From Candidatus Latescibacterota bacterium (GTDB taxonomy: Bacteria > Latescibacterota > UBA2968 > GCA-2709665): a stretch of DNA of 64,000 nt. Position 1 is the stretch's first letter, and each line of letters begins with the position of its first letter. Shown here in pieces: positions 40,729-50,623 of this stretch. The stretch is taken from the NCBI GenBank assembly GCA_963662665.2, contig CAXXJS010000030.1, positions 74,008 through 138,007 on the forward strand, written 5' to 3'. A model generated the notes under the pieces. That model did not search any database and was not told the DNA's origin. It saw only the letters and a list, made by a program, of their open reading frames with translations. The position numbers were made by a program, and so were the translations under genes.

Positions 40729-41982
40729 TTACCGGCCGTCGTATTTTTGCAGGGCGAGGACCGCGTTGTGCCCGCCGAATCCGAAGGAGTTGTTCATCGC
40801 CACCCTCACAGGCATTTCACGGGCCGCGTTGGGCACGTAGTCGAGGTCGCACTCCGGGTCCGGATGTTCATAATTGATGGTAGGAGGTACCCGGCCGTGA
40901 TGGATGGCCAAGAGGCAGGCTATACTTTCAATTGCGCCGGAGGCGCCCAGCAGGTGGCCGGTCATGGATTTGGTGGAACTGACCGCGGCGTGTTTCGCGT
41001 GATCTCCCAGGACGGATTTTATGGCCGCGGTTTCGGTCCGGTCGCCAATCGGCGTTGAGGTACCGTGGGCATTGATATAGTCCACGTCCTCGGGGTTCAG
41101 GCCGGCCTGGTTCAGGGCGATTCTCATGGCGCGGGCGCCGCCCTCGCCGCCCGGGGCCATGTCGGTGACGTGATAAGCGTCGGCAGTGAACCCCACCCCC
41201 GAGATTTCGGCGTAAATTCGTGCGCCCCTCCGACGGGCGTGTTCCAGTTCTTCCAGTATAAGTGCGCCCGAGCCCTCACCGAGCACGAATCCGTCGCGTT
41301 CGACGTCGAACGGGCGACTGGCCCGCTGCGGGTCCTCGTTACGCGTGGACAGCGCCTTCATGGAAGCGAAGCCCCCCAACGACATCGCGCTCACGGCCGC
41401 TTCGGCGCCGCCGGTGACCATGACATCGGCTTCGTTGTGCCGGATTTCCCGAAAGGCGCTTCCGATAGCGTGCGCTGCCGAGGAGCAGGCGGACACGGTG
41501 GTGTAGTTCGGTCCCCGGGCGCCGAGCAGGATGGAAACCTGTCCCGACGTCATGTCCGGAATCATCATGGGGATGAAGAAGGGGCTGATCCGCCGGGCGC
41601 CTTTCTGCATGAGGACGGTGTGCTGCTCTTCAAAGGTCCAGATGCCGCCGATGCCCGAGCCGAAAACCACGCCCATCCGGTCGGGGTTCCCCGCGTCCAC
41701 GTCCAGTTCCGCGTCCGTTACGGCCATCTGCGCGCAGCAGATTGCATACTGGGTGCACAGATCGTTGCGCCTCGCCAGCCTGCGGTCGAGACCGAATCGT
41801 TCCGCGTCGAAGCCCTTCAGTTCGGCTCCAAACGTGACCCGGAAACCCGTGGGATCGAATCGTCTGATGCGATCGACCCCGCTTTCTCCGTTGAGCAGCG
41901 CATCCCAGTAAGCGTCGGTATTCAATCCATTGGGAGCGAGGACGCCGAGGCCCGTAACCACAACCCTTCGGTTTCCGTTCAA
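40729..41982 (-). CDS. fabF: 3-oxoacyl-ACP synthase II
   Basis: RRVVVTGLG, SACSS, NAHGTST, KSMTGHLLGA, NSFGFGGHN. Confidence 0.95.
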   Translation of the reverse strand: MNGNRRVVVTGLGVLAPNGLNTDAYWDALLNGESGVDRIRRFDPTGFRVTFGAELKGFDAERFGLDRRLARRNDLCTQYAICCAQMAVTDAELDVDAGNPDRMGVVFGSGIGGIWTFEEQHTVLMQKGARRISPFFIPMMIPDMTSGQVSILLGARGPNYTTVSACSSAAHAIGSAFREIRHNEADVMVTGGAEAAVSAMSLGGFASMKALSTRNEDPQRASRPFDVERDGFVLGEGSGALILEELEHARRRGARIYAEISGVGFTADAYHVTDMAPGGEGGARAMRIALNQAGLNPEDVDYINAHGTSTPIGDRTETAAIKSVLGDHAKHAAVSSTKSMTGHLLGASGAIESIACLLAIHHGRVPPTINYEHPDPECDLDYVPNAAREMPVRVAMNNSFGFGGHNAVLALQKYDGR

Positions 41983-42053
41983 AGGTACCTTCCCCCGGGT
42001 TTATTTTTTGCTGCGCCGCCGCGATGCGGCGCTGGGGTTATCCGAGCGGCAGG

Positions 42054-42296
42054 CTATTCATTCAGACGTTGTTTGAGATAGTCCGTGACGTCACTGACGG
42101 TTTCCAGCTTTTCGGCGTCTTCGTCGGGAACTTCCATATCGAATTCCTCTTCGAAGGCCATCACGAGTTCAACCGTGTCAAGCGAATCGGCACCGAGGTC
42201 ATCGATAAAATGGGCTTGCGGGGTGACGCTGTCAGCGTCCACACCCAACTGATCTACGATGAGATCGACGACTTTCTGCTGGATATTCTCAGCCAT
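42054..42296 (-). CDS. acpP: Acyl carrier protein
   Basis: [20 protein letters not shown]. Confidence 0.97.
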   Translation of the reverse strand: MAENIQQKVVDLIVDQLGVDADSVTPQAHFIDDLGADSLDTVELVMAFEEEFDMEVPDEDAEKLETVSDVTDYLKQRLNE

Positions 42297-42382
42297 GGCA
42301 ACTATCTCCCTGTTTTATGGCGAACGGTGGGTCCCCACGTGCGAATGGGCGCGACCCACGTTCACGTCTGTCGCAAGACGGT

Positions 42383-43129
42383 TCACATTACCATCCCGCC
42401 GTCCACAACCAGGACCTGCCCGGTGATATAGGCAGCGTCGGTCGAGGCCAGGAACGCGACCGCTGCCGCGATATCTTCGGGTTTTCCAGGCGCGCCCAGC
42501 GGAACCTGTTGAAGTATCTTCTGTTTAAGGTTTTCCGGAAGGTTTTCCGTCATTTCGGTGGGTATATACCCTGGCGCGACCACGTTGGCGGTGATACCCC
42601 TGCCGGCCAGTTCTTTGGCGGCGGTCTTGGTAAGGCCGATGAGCCCGGACTTCGCCGCGGTGTATCCGGCCTGTCCGGGGTTTCCCATCAGGCCTGTTAC
42701 GGATGAAATATTGATGATCCGCCCGGTACGCGCCCTGATCATTGGCCGCACAGCCGCCTGCATGCACAGAAACGCGCCCTTCAGATTGACGTTGAGGACG
42801 GCGTCCCAGTCGTCGGGCTTAAGGCGCATGAGCAGTCCGTCGCGGGTAATACCGGCGTTGTTGACCAGAACGTCCAGCCCGCCCCAGCGGTCCAGAACGG
42901 TTTTGAAAAGGTCTTTGACGTCGGCCTCGCTCGAAACGTCGGCCTGGAGGGCAACCGCGCTGCCGCCGTTGCTTTCAATGGCTTCGGCGACCGCCTCTGC
43001 ACGGTCGAGGCTACGACTGGCGCACACCGCCACCTTCGCGCCTTCTTCCGCCAGGCGGTAGGCGATGGCCTCGCCAATGCCGCGGGATCCACCCGTGACG
43101 ATCGCGGTCCTGTCCTTGAGGCGATTCAT
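42383..43129 (-). CDS. fabG: 3-oxoacyl-ACP reductase
   Basis: TGGSRGIG, NNAGITRD, YTAAK. Start MNRLKDR overlaps the fabD stop. Confidence 0.95.
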   Translation of the reverse strand: MNRLKDRTAIVTGGSRGIGEAIAYRLAEEGAKVAVCASRSLDRAEAVAEAIESNGGSAVALQADVSSEADVKDLFKTVLDRWGGLDVLVNNAGITRDGLLMRLKPDDWDAVLNVNLKGAFLCMQAAVRPMIRARTGRIINISSVTGLMGNPGQAGYTAAKSGLIGLTKTAAKELAGRGITANVVAPGYIPTEMTENLPENLKQKILQQVPLGAPGKPEDIAAAVAFLASTDAAYITGQVLVVDGGMVM

Positions 43130-44040
43130 ACCGTAAGACTTTCCAGGTCGTCGAGGGTTCCTGCCGACGAGACGGCGACGCGCCTTTCGATTCTTCGCAT
43201 CAGTGCTTTCAACGTATTTCCCGGACCGGCTTCGATTGCGCGGTCCACGCCTTCGGAAACAAGCCGCGCCATCGAATCCGTCCATCGAACGGGCGAGACG
43301 ACCTGTTTGATAAGAAGATCCTTGAGCAGGTCCGGATCGGTCGTGGGTTCGGCCGTTGTGTTCGGCACCACCGGAACGCGAGCCGGCGAGAAGGGCACAT
43401 TTACAAGGGCCCCCGCTAACGTGCCCAGCGCGGTTTGCATGAGACCGGAGTGAAAGGCGCCGCTGACCTGGAGCTCCAGAACCCTCCTGGCGCCTTCATC
43501 CGATGCCTTGCGCATGGCCCGTTTCACGGCGGTGGGCTCGCCCGAAATGACGACCTGCCCCGGGCAGTTGAAATTGGCGGGCACGACGTTGGGTCCGAGC
43601 GACTCGCAGAGTTTTACGACCTCGCTGTCGCTCAGGCCGATGATGGCCGCCATAGTACCCGGGTGCATCTTCCCCGCGGCGTGCATCGCCCGTCCCCGGA
43701 TCCCCACGATCCGGACGCCGTCTGCCAGAGACATCACCCCGGCGGCGACAAGCGCCGCGAGTTCGCCCACGCTGTGTCCGGCCACGAAATCGGGGTGGAT
43801 GCCCCTGTCTTTGAGGATCTCGAATACCGAGATGCTGTGCGCGAAGATGGCCGGTTGCGTGATGGCCGTTTGCTTCAGGGACTCTTCCGGGCCGTCGAAA
43901 CAGAATGTCTTCAGGCCGGTCTCGGAAATCCGGTCGGTCAGATTGAATACGTACTGGGCGATCGGGGAGGAGCTGTAAAGATCGCTGGCCATCCCCACGT
44001 ATTGTGCGCCCTGGCCGGGGAACAAAAAGGCTAAGGACAT
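43126..44040 (-). CDS. fabD: Malonyl-CoA:ACP transacylase
   Basis: FPGQGAQ, GHSVGE, VSGAFHS. Confidence 0.95.
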   Translation of the reverse strand: MSLAFLFPGQGAQYVGMASDLYSSSPIAQYVFNLTDRISETGLKTFCFDGPEESLKQTAITQPAIFAHSISVFEILKDRGIHPDFVAGHSVGELAALVAAGVMSLADGVRIVGIRGRAMHAAGKMHPGTMAAIIGLSDSEVVKLCESLGPNVVPANFNCPGQVVISGEPTAVKRAMRKASDEGARRVLELQVSGAFHSGLMQTALGTLAGALVNVPFSPARVPVVPNTTAEPTTDPDLLKDLLIKQVVSPVRWTDSMARLVSEGVDRAIEAGPGNTLKALMRRIERRVAVSSAGTLDDLESLTV

Positions 44041-44098
44041 AGGTGTCCACGAACGTGATTGTTTGTGGATTCCGGCGACCGGCGCCGGAAGGACAGTT

Positions 44099-45094
44099 TC
44101 AGTACGCCCATTTCAGAAGGGCGCTTCCCCAGGTGTAACCCGCCCCCGCGCTGGCCACTACGATGTAATCGTCCCGTTTGACGCGGTTTTGTTCGACCGC
44201 TTCGGAAAGTGCGATGGGGATTGTCCCGCAGGTCGTGTTCGCGTATCGATCGATGTTGATCAGCACACGTTCCGGCGCCAGCTTCATTCTGCGAGCCGTG
44301 GCGTCGATGATGCGTTTATTCGCCTGGTGAGGCACAAGCAGGGTGATATCGTCGCCGCAAAGCCCGTTGCGTTCCAGCAGGTCGGCCGACACCGCGGCCA
44401 TGCTGCTGCTGGCGAACTTGAGGACACGGGCGCCGTCCTGGTGGACGTAGTGCATTTTCTTGTCTACGGTTTCGTGGCTGGCCGGATGCAGGCTGCCGCC
44501 GGCCGGCTGACAGAGGTACTGGCCGCCCGATCCGTCCACCTTCAGGATAAAATCCTGGATGCCGGCCCCCGAATCATCGGGTTCCAGAAGGACGGCCCCC
44601 GCGCCGTCTCCGAACAGGACGCAGGTATCCCGGTTGGTATAATCGACGACGGAACTCATTTTGTCTGAGCCGATGACCACCACTTTCCCGTGGGCTCCGC
44701 TCTCGACAAACTGGGCGCCAACGACCAGGGCGTACAGGAAACCGCAACAGGCGGCGGAAAGGTCGAACCCCCAGGCATTACCAGCCCCCACGTTGTGCTG
44801 CACGAGGCACGCCGTGGCGGGGTACATCATGTCAGGCGTTACGGTTGCGACAATTATCAGGTCGATTTCGCCGGCATCAAGGCCTTTTTGTTCAAGCAGG
44901 CACTGCATCGCCCGGGTGGCCATGTGGGAGGCACCCAGGCCGTCCTCCAGGATACGTCGTTCTACAATACCCGTTCGCGATCGAATCCAGTCGTCCGATG
45001 TATCCACCATCTGTTCCAGGTCGGCATTCGTCAGCCGGCGTTCGGGGAGAAAACGGGAGACGCCGGTGACGGAAGCATTGACTTTTTTATTCAT
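44099..45094 (-). CDS. fabH: 3-oxoacyl-ACP synthase III
   Basis: RTGIVERR, AACCGF, LFGDGAGA, PHQAN, ANT, GAGYTWG. Confidence 0.95.
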   Translation of the reverse strand: MNKKVNASVTGVSRFLPERRLTNADLEQMVDTSDDWIRSRTGIVERRILEDGLGASHMATRAMQCLLEQKGLDAGEIDLIIVATVTPDMMYPATACLVQHNVGAGNAWGFDLSAACCGFLYALVVGAQFVESGAHGKVVVIGSDKMSSVVDYTNRDTCVLFGDGAGAVLLEPDDSGAGIQDFILKVDGSGGQYLCQPAGGSLHPASHETVDKKMHYVHQDGARVLKFASSSMAAVSADLLERNGLCGDDITLLVPHQANKRIIDATARRMKLAPERVLINIDRYANTTCGTIPIALSEAVEQNRVKRDDYIVVASAGAGYTWGSALLKWAY

Positions 45095-45150
45095 AGGCAA
45101 GGGTAGCGATTCAGGGATAAACTAACGGGTTGCACCACCGGGTCGGGGGA

Positions 45151-45333
45151 TCAGACGCTTTCGCCTTCTGTCACTTCGCGGCCGTTGTATTGCCCGCAGT
45201 TGGCGCAGACCCGGTGCGGTCTGCGCGGCTGGCCGCAGTTTGGACAGTCGGAGAAAGCGGGTCTTGAAAGCTTCCAGTGGGTCCGCCGCTTGTTCCTTCT
45301 GGAATTGGAACTTCTGCGTTTCGGGTGTGCCAT
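45151..45333 (-). CDS. rpmF: 50S ribosomal protein L32
   Basis: MAHPKRR...RRTH, CPNCG...HRVCANCG.Y. Confidence 0.95.
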   Translation of the reverse strand: MAHPKRRSSNSRRNKRRTHWKLSRPAFSDCPNCGQPRRPHRVCANCGQYNGREVTEGESV

Positions 45334-45347
45334 TTATTCATGCTCCT

Positions 45348-45860
45348 TCAGGATTGATCTTTGAGGGCCCTCAGGGCTTCCCAGCGGGGGTCTGTTTGTG
45401 TTGACGTACAGTCGCACTGCGTCTGGTTCAGGTTCTCCCCGCACGTTGGACAAAGACCTTCGCAGGACGCTTTGCACAGGGGATTCAGCGGCAATTCAAG
45501 CAGAATATAGTCCTTGATTTCCGCACCCAGATCCACCTTGTCTCCGGACTCGTCCAGCCAGATCAGCGTTTCGTCTTCATCGTCCTGCATGGATTCAGGA
45601 CGATTCTTCTGGAAGACGAACCTGAAATCGGACGAGAGGGAAAACGAGACGGGTTCCAGGCATCGCACGCACTCGAGCTTGAGGTCGGCGTGTGTCTCTC
45701 CGCTTGCCGAAATGGATTCGCCTAACTTGACGAACTCGATCCGCGTTTTGATAGGACCCACGAATTGCAGATCCTCGTCCTGGATGTACAACTCTTCGGG
45801 GGCTTCTTCCCAGTCCAGACTGACCGTACCCTGGTCGAGTTCGTTGAGTTTGACGATCAT
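45348..45860 (-). CDS. yceD: DUF177/YceD family protein
   Basis: CVRCL, LPLNPLC..SCEGLCPTCG, DPRW; directly upstream of rpmF. Confidence 0.9.
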   Translation of the reverse strand: MIVKLNELDQGTVSLDWEEAPEELYIQDEDLQFVGPIKTRIEFVKLGESISASGETHADLKLECVRCLEPVSFSLSSDFRFVFQKNRPESMQDDEDETLIWLDESGDKVDLGAEIKDYILLELPLNPLCKASCEGLCPTCGENLNQTQCDCTSTQTDPRWEALRALKDQS

Positions 45861-45875
45861 CCTGGCGTGTCCGTT

Positions 45876-46286
45876 TTAAACGCGTTCACCGAAGAAAAAG
45901 GCGATTTCCCCGGCCGCGGCCTCGGGTGAGTCCGATGCGTGTACGGCGTTGCGCTGTACGTTCGTCCCGAAATCCCTGCGAATGGTGCCCTCAGCGGCCT
46001 GGGACGAGTCGGTGACGCCCACAACTTCCCGCAGCAACGACACCGCGTTTTCCCGCTCCAGCGCGAGCGGCACCACCGGGCCCGTGGTCATGAAATCGAT
46101 CAGCCCGTCGAAAAACGGTCTGCCGTCGTGTTCCGCGTAAAACCGGACCGCGTCCTCCCGCGTGAATCGCGTCATTTTCAGGCGCCTGATCTTGAACCCT
46201 CTGTCTTCCACGCGTTGGATGATGGCGCCAATGGCGTTCCTGGAAACCGCGTCCGGTTTGATTATCAGCAATGTGGTTTCCGTCAT
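45876..46286 (-). CDS. ndk: Nucleoside diphosphate kinase
   Basis: TLLIIKPDAV, FYAEH, GTIRRDFG, NAVHASDS. Confidence 0.95.
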   Translation of the reverse strand: MTETTLLIIKPDAVSRNAIGAIIQRVEDRGFKIRRLKMTRFTREDAVRFYAEHDGRPFFDGLIDFMTTGPVVPLALERENAVSLLREVVGVTDSSQAAEGTIRRDFGTNVQRNAVHASDSPEAAAGEIAFFFGERV

Positions 46287-46348
46287 CAACCCCGCGCTTT
46301 CCTTCCGGGTTCGAGAAGTCAAGATTGCGTATCACGCTGAAGATGAAG

Positions 46349-46377
46349 AAGATAGATTTTCTCAATGGATTTGTCAA
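46349..46377 (-). promoter_or_regulatory. Putative sigma70 promoter of the ndk-yceD-rpmF-fab operon
   Basis: TTGACA-17 nt-TATCTT on the minus strand. Confidence 0.6.
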
Positions 46378-46429
46378 TATCAAACTTCGTTTTTGGGCGG
46401 TCAGCTATCAGCGGTGAGACGTGAGATGG

Positions 46430-46530
46430 TAGACGGTAGAAGAAATCCTTGCCCAATCTGCTCTTCCTCTATGCCTCCGGTCTGAACCGAAACCTCAAAG
46501 GGCAGGCAATCTCTCCGGTCTCCCGGCCTT
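46430..46530. repeat. ~100-bp palindromic dispersed element, copy B (homologous to 16211-16310)
   Basis: See copy A. Both copies lie near GTGAGAC-type heptamer runs. Confidence 0.65.
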
Positions 46531-46722
46531 TCGAAAAAGAGCAGGGGAATAGGGGACGTTAAGGGGTGGGGAGAATCCGAGTCGTTCCAAATACAAATAC
46601 CTCCTGGAACACAGTACCATTGGAATAGATGTCCGTCAACAGGCAACCTGTCAGATTCACCAGGCCAAACCGCAACTGGACAATAGCGGGTTGGACTCTC
46701 AAGTTGAAGTCCGCTTCCCGGG

Positions 46723-47067
46723 TCAGGATTTCTTAAGCAGCGTTTTCAGATGGTATCCCGCCACCGCGGCGAGCGCCCCCACAATGCCGCCGATCAATGC
46801 CGTAAGTGCGACCAGCGCGGAGGGATGCGAAAGGCCGGCGATCCCCGCGATCTTCACGGTGAGGATGCCACCGGATTTCACGTGGATGTAGCCTGCCGCG
46901 GCCAGCCACAGGATTCCCGCGCCCGCGAATCCGGATCCCAGCGCCTTCCAGGAGGAAGGTCCCTTCCAGAATCCTGCCACGAATCCCGCCACGCCGATTC
47001 CCCACCAGGGCAGCGTCAGTCCGGCAATCAGGCCGAATACGAGTACGTATAAAGCGGTTGAGATCAT
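46723..47067 (-). CDS. Small hydrophobic membrane protein
   Basis: 114 aa, ~4 TMs, LPWWG. Confidence 0.7.
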   Translation of the reverse strand: MISTALYVLVFGLIAGLTLPWWGIGVAGFVAGFWKGPSSWKALGSGFAGAGILWLAAAGYIHVKSGGILTVKIAGIAGLSHPSALVALTALIGGIVGALAAVAGYHLKTLLKKS

Positions 47068-47076
47068 ATAAAGAAA

Positions 47077-47204
47077 GCAGTCAGCAATCAGCTATCAGCT
47101 CTCAGCCGTCAGCTAAAACAGGTTAGCGATTTAGTATAGCAATACCAATAAGCGATATCCGCGCCGCCGAAGAACCCGTAGGGGCGACCCTTGTGGTCGC
47201 CCGC
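47077..47204. repeat. Composite repeat A: TCAGCNN heptamers plus GTAG-type REP hairpin
   Basis: GTAGGGGCGACCCTTGTGGTCGCCC at 47178. Diverged direct copy at 49639-49759. Confidence 0.7.
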
Positions 47205-47215
47205 GACCTTGTATC

Positions 47216-49636
47216 TCACGGTTTTCCCGCCAGTATCAACCGTTCCTCGATACGTCCCTCGCCGTCCTCCGGCGTTTTCATGAAGAGCAGTTCGTCAAGT
47301 TCACCCCGCACCCACGTGTCGACGAACGTGTCGTAGTGACGGCTTCCGGGGTTGCCGGATTGTCCGCCCGGATAGATTCCCCAGGCCTTTACGTCAGGAC
47401 CGAGGGAAACGACCATGCGCCAACTGGGACCGTGTCCCCGGTTCGTCGCATTGACGATGTCGCGGCCCCCGCCAACGAAAAGGTTCATGCGTGAGAATTC
47501 AGGTATCCTTAATAGATGTCTGATCTCTGCACCCTTGTAGCGTCCCCATTTCCAGGCCTCGCCGATTGGGCCCAGTCTGCCGGTTAACTGGCGACTCGTT
47601 GACTCAAACGTACTGCGGGCAAGATCGGGCAGAGTCTCAACCTGCTCCGTCCGTGTGTCGTCATACCATCTGGCGTTTGGCTCATCGAGAATCAACCTGA
47701 CGGTTCGATCGCTTGAAGGGAATTGAAGATTTGTCTCCACGCCGCCGAATTCGTCGTTCCAGATGGCTCTGTAGAGGTTTCGCCACCAACTGTCAAATGC
47801 TGTGGGGGCGGTCTTGCCGGCATTCGCGGAATAACCCCAGTCCCTCAGCGTCCGGTAGACGGCCGCCTGATCGGGACTGAGTGACCGCGGCTCGATAAAC
47901 GCCAGCAGGGCGGGCAGCACAAACTGCGCCCGGAGATGCTTCGTGTCGAGTTGCAGCGACCGGAAGTCGTCGGGTGTGATGTCCTTCATTTCCGCCAGGC
48001 GCTCGTTGATTCGCCGCGCGCGCATAGGGGAGGAATAGCCTGCTTTCAGCCAATACGGATAGGACGGATCCGCGGGGCGCTGATTGGCGGAACTCACGAA
48101 CCCGCGTTCGGGATTCTTGACATGGGGTTTGTGGGCGTGCGGTATCCAGTCCTGCCAGTCGTGCAGCGGGTCCGACCCATCGGCAATGAAGGCCCCCTGG
48201 CCCTCCCACCTTACCGGGAATCGGCCGTTGTGCCAGATTGCGATATTCCCTTCAACGTCCGCATAGGCGAAGTTCTGACCGGGAGCGGTGAGGTGGGGGA
48301 GCGCTTCGACGAAATCGTCGTAGCCGCGTGCACGATTGAGCCGGAGACAGGTCAGCCACGCGTTCCCGCCGTCATGAGCCGCCCACCGGAATGCATGGCG
48401 TTTCGGCACCCGCGAGTCGGACGGCGTGTAGCTTGAATCCCATACGACCGGTCCATGATGGGTGTACCGCACGGTGTCGCGGAAGGTCCCGCCGCCGCGC
48501 ACCCTGATTTCTTCGATTACCGTTTCCACGCGCCGCCACCTGTCGCCGTGGCGGTATTCCTGAAGCGTGTCGTCCTTGAATGTTATCTCGTACCAGTCCG
48601 TTACGTCCGTTCCCGCATTCGTGAAGCCCCAGGCGATATGGCGATTGAATCCGATGACCACGCCCGGACCTCCCGGAAGGGATACGCCGTACACGTTGAG
48701 CGTGGGACTGACGAGTTGAATCTCGTACCAGAGAGACGGCAGGGAAAGGCCCAGGTGCGGGTCGTTCGCCAATATGGGATACCCGCTGGCGGTCCTGGTT
48801 CCGGAAACCGCCCAGTTGTTGCTTCCGATTCCCGCGCTGTTTTCCGTGCCGGTCGACCCTTGGATAAGCGGCGTATCAGGCCGGATGACCTTACGGGGCT
48901 CGAAGTCCCACGGCGTTGCCCGGGGGATCACCGTGTCGTCGCTTCCGGATGGATACGAGAAGAGGTCCCGCACAACGTCCTCGCCGAATCGGTCGAGTGT
49001 ATTGTTCATCCTGAGGTCCGCGTTTTGCCCGCTGAGTACCCACGCCATGGATTTTATCAGGATTGCGCATTTCAACGGCGTCCAGGGCTCGGGGTCATAA
49101 CCCAGGAGTTTGTACTCGATGGGGTAATCTCTCTTGCGCAGGCCGCCGATGTACGCGTTGACGCCCTCGGTGTACGCCGTAACGGCAAGACGGGTTTCCG
49201 GCTCCGCCATGATCTCCCCGAGCGTGTTTTCGGCGCCGTATACGAGGCCTACGCGCCTCTGATACCGGTCGCGTTCCAGTGCGCCGGATCCCAGGATTTC
49301 CGCAAGGCGTCCACCGGCGGCGGCGGTCTGGAATTCCATCTGCCAGAGGCGGTCCCTGGCCGTTACGTATCCCTGTGCGAAAAACAGGTCCCGGTCGTTC
49401 TGCGCGAAGATATGCGGCACGCGGCGTTCGTCATAGTGGACCGTCACGCGTTCGAGCAGTCCCGCGAGCCGCGGTTCGCCGTCCGCGAACGAATCCCGCG
49501 TTTCGGCATTCTGCCAGAAACCGTGGAAGGGACTCAGGAACCTCCCCGCGGCGGGAAACCCGCCCATGCGCGTGTCCAGAGCCAGAACGACGATCACGGT
49601 AATGACAACGGCAGCGAGGGATTTGAATAAAGGCAT
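47216..49636 (-). CDS. Penicillin acylase family Ntn hydrolase (peptidase S45)
   Basis: VPHIFA, AQGYVTARDRLWQM, G/SNNW autoproteolytic Ser, ANDPHL, PGGQSGNP.S.HY. Confidence 0.92.
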   Translation of the reverse strand: MPLFKSLAAVVITVIVVLALDTRMGGFPAAGRFLSPFHGFWQNAETRDSFADGEPRLAGLLERVTVHYDERRVPHIFAQNDRDLFFAQGYVTARDRLWQMEFQTAAAGGRLAEILGSGALERDRYQRRVGLVYGAENTLGEIMAEPETRLAVTAYTEGVNAYIGGLRKRDYPIEYKLLGYDPEPWTPLKCAILIKSMAWVLSGQNADLRMNNTLDRFGEDVVRDLFSYPSGSDDTVIPRATPWDFEPRKVIRPDTPLIQGSTGTENSAGIGSNNWAVSGTRTASGYPILANDPHLGLSLPSLWYEIQLVSPTLNVYGVSLPGGPGVVIGFNRHIAWGFTNAGTDVTDWYEITFKDDTLQEYRHGDRWRRVETVIEEIRVRGGGTFRDTVRYTHHGPVVWDSSYTPSDSRVPKRHAFRWAAHDGGNAWLTCLRLNRARGYDDFVEALPHLTAPGQNFAYADVEGNIAIWHNGRFPVRWEGQGAFIADGSDPLHDWQDWIPHAHKPHVKNPERGFVSSANQRPADPSYPYWLKAGYSSPMRARRINERLAEMKDITPDDFRSLQLDTKHLRAQFVLPALLAFIEPRSLSPDQAAVYRTLRDWGYSANAGKTAPTAFDSWWRNLYRAIWNDEFGGVETNLQFPSSDRTVRLILDEPNARWYDDTRTEQVETLPDLARSTFESTSRQLTGRLGPIGEAWKWGRYKGAEIRHLLRIPEFSRMNLFVGGGRDIVNATNRGHGPSWRMVVSLGPDVKAWGIYPGGQSGNPGSRHYDTFVDTWVRGELDELLFMKTPEDGEGRIEERLILAGKP

Positions 49637-49638
49637 AG

Positions 49639-49759
49639 AGCTGTCAGCTCTCAGCAGTCAGCGATCAGCTTGAACCGGTGAGCGATACGGATACCCGATA
49701 TAAACCTGCGATATCAGCGCCGTCGTAGGATTTGTAGGGGCGACCCATGGGTCGCCCGC
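49639..49759. repeat. Composite repeat B: TCAGCNN heptamers plus GTAG-type REP hairpin
   Basis: GTAGGGGCGACCCATGGGTCGCCC at 49734. Confidence 0.7.
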
Positions 49760-49792
49760 CCGTCAGATATTTCCTTCGCGCATGTTGATCGC

Positions 49793-50248
49793 TCACCCTG
49801 AACGGCTGTCTCTAATGGTAATCCGCTTTGCCTCCGCGAATGCCATGACTGCCTCGATTATCTGTGGTTTGACGGTCTGGTTGTCGTTATAACTCATCGC
49901 GCTGAAGTCGATCTTTATGTTCCTGCCATTGGCGAGCACGAGTTCGAGTTTCATCAACTGAACGTCAATTTCGGAGATCGATTCCCAAGGAACCCTTCGG
50001 TGTCTGAATAGACTTCTTTCAATCTCCAGATTGGCATCGGAAACTGTGATTATGTATTTGTTTATGCGGTGTATTAGACCCATAAAGGGCAGCGTGATGA
50101 GACCCAACACCAGTTGAAGGGCGCCCTGGAACGGCTTATCCTCTATGTTCGAGATTCCGAGAACGATCAATGTCACACCGTATGAAACCCAAATTACCCG
50201 AAACAAACGCGTCACGGGCACAGTAAGATCAAAAGTCCGCTCTTCCAT
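49793..50248 (-). CDS. Two-TM protein with a PH-like domain (paralogue of 52454-52906)
   Basis: MEERTFDLTVPV...MSYNDNQTVKPQII; GGAGG RBS. Confidence 0.7.
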   Translation of the reverse strand: MEERTFDLTVPVTRLFRVIWVSYGVTLIVLGISNIEDKPFQGALQLVLGLITLPFMGLIHRINKYIITVSDANLEIERSLFRHRRVPWESISEIDVQLMKLELVLANGRNIKIDFSAMSYNDNQTVKPQIIEAVMAFAEAKRITIRDSRSG

Positions 50249-50623
50249 GGATCCGTCCTCCTTCTTTATACGAACAGTAGCGTATTGATCACGTGCGTCC
50301 GGGCGCAATACGATTTCGATCCCGCGACTGACCGGAGTTCAGGTTGATTCGGCCTGGACACATCGTCTACGAACTACGGATAATATAAGCCCGTAGGCTT
50401 CAAAGGGAGAACCAAAGATTCAGCGGCGGCCGTCCCAAATAGCCCGCGTTACACGAGTTGTCTTTCTCTTTTTTTCACTCGTAATTATATTGTGGAAATG
50501 AAAGGAGTCGTCTGCGGAACGGAAAGATCATATCCGTAGACGTGGGCGGCCCTGCGGTTTTGACCGCAACAGGTGAGATCGAGGTCGTCGACGACTGGCT
50601 TGAAGTCGAAAGGTGACTGGGAA

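Noticed and set aside
13436-49630. Many long plus-strand ORFs (e.g. 13436-14599, 18251-19927, 36430-37803, 38181-39692, 48455-49630)
   Set aside because: Antisense shadows of well-supported minus-strand genes in GC-rich DNA, with no recognisable motifs.
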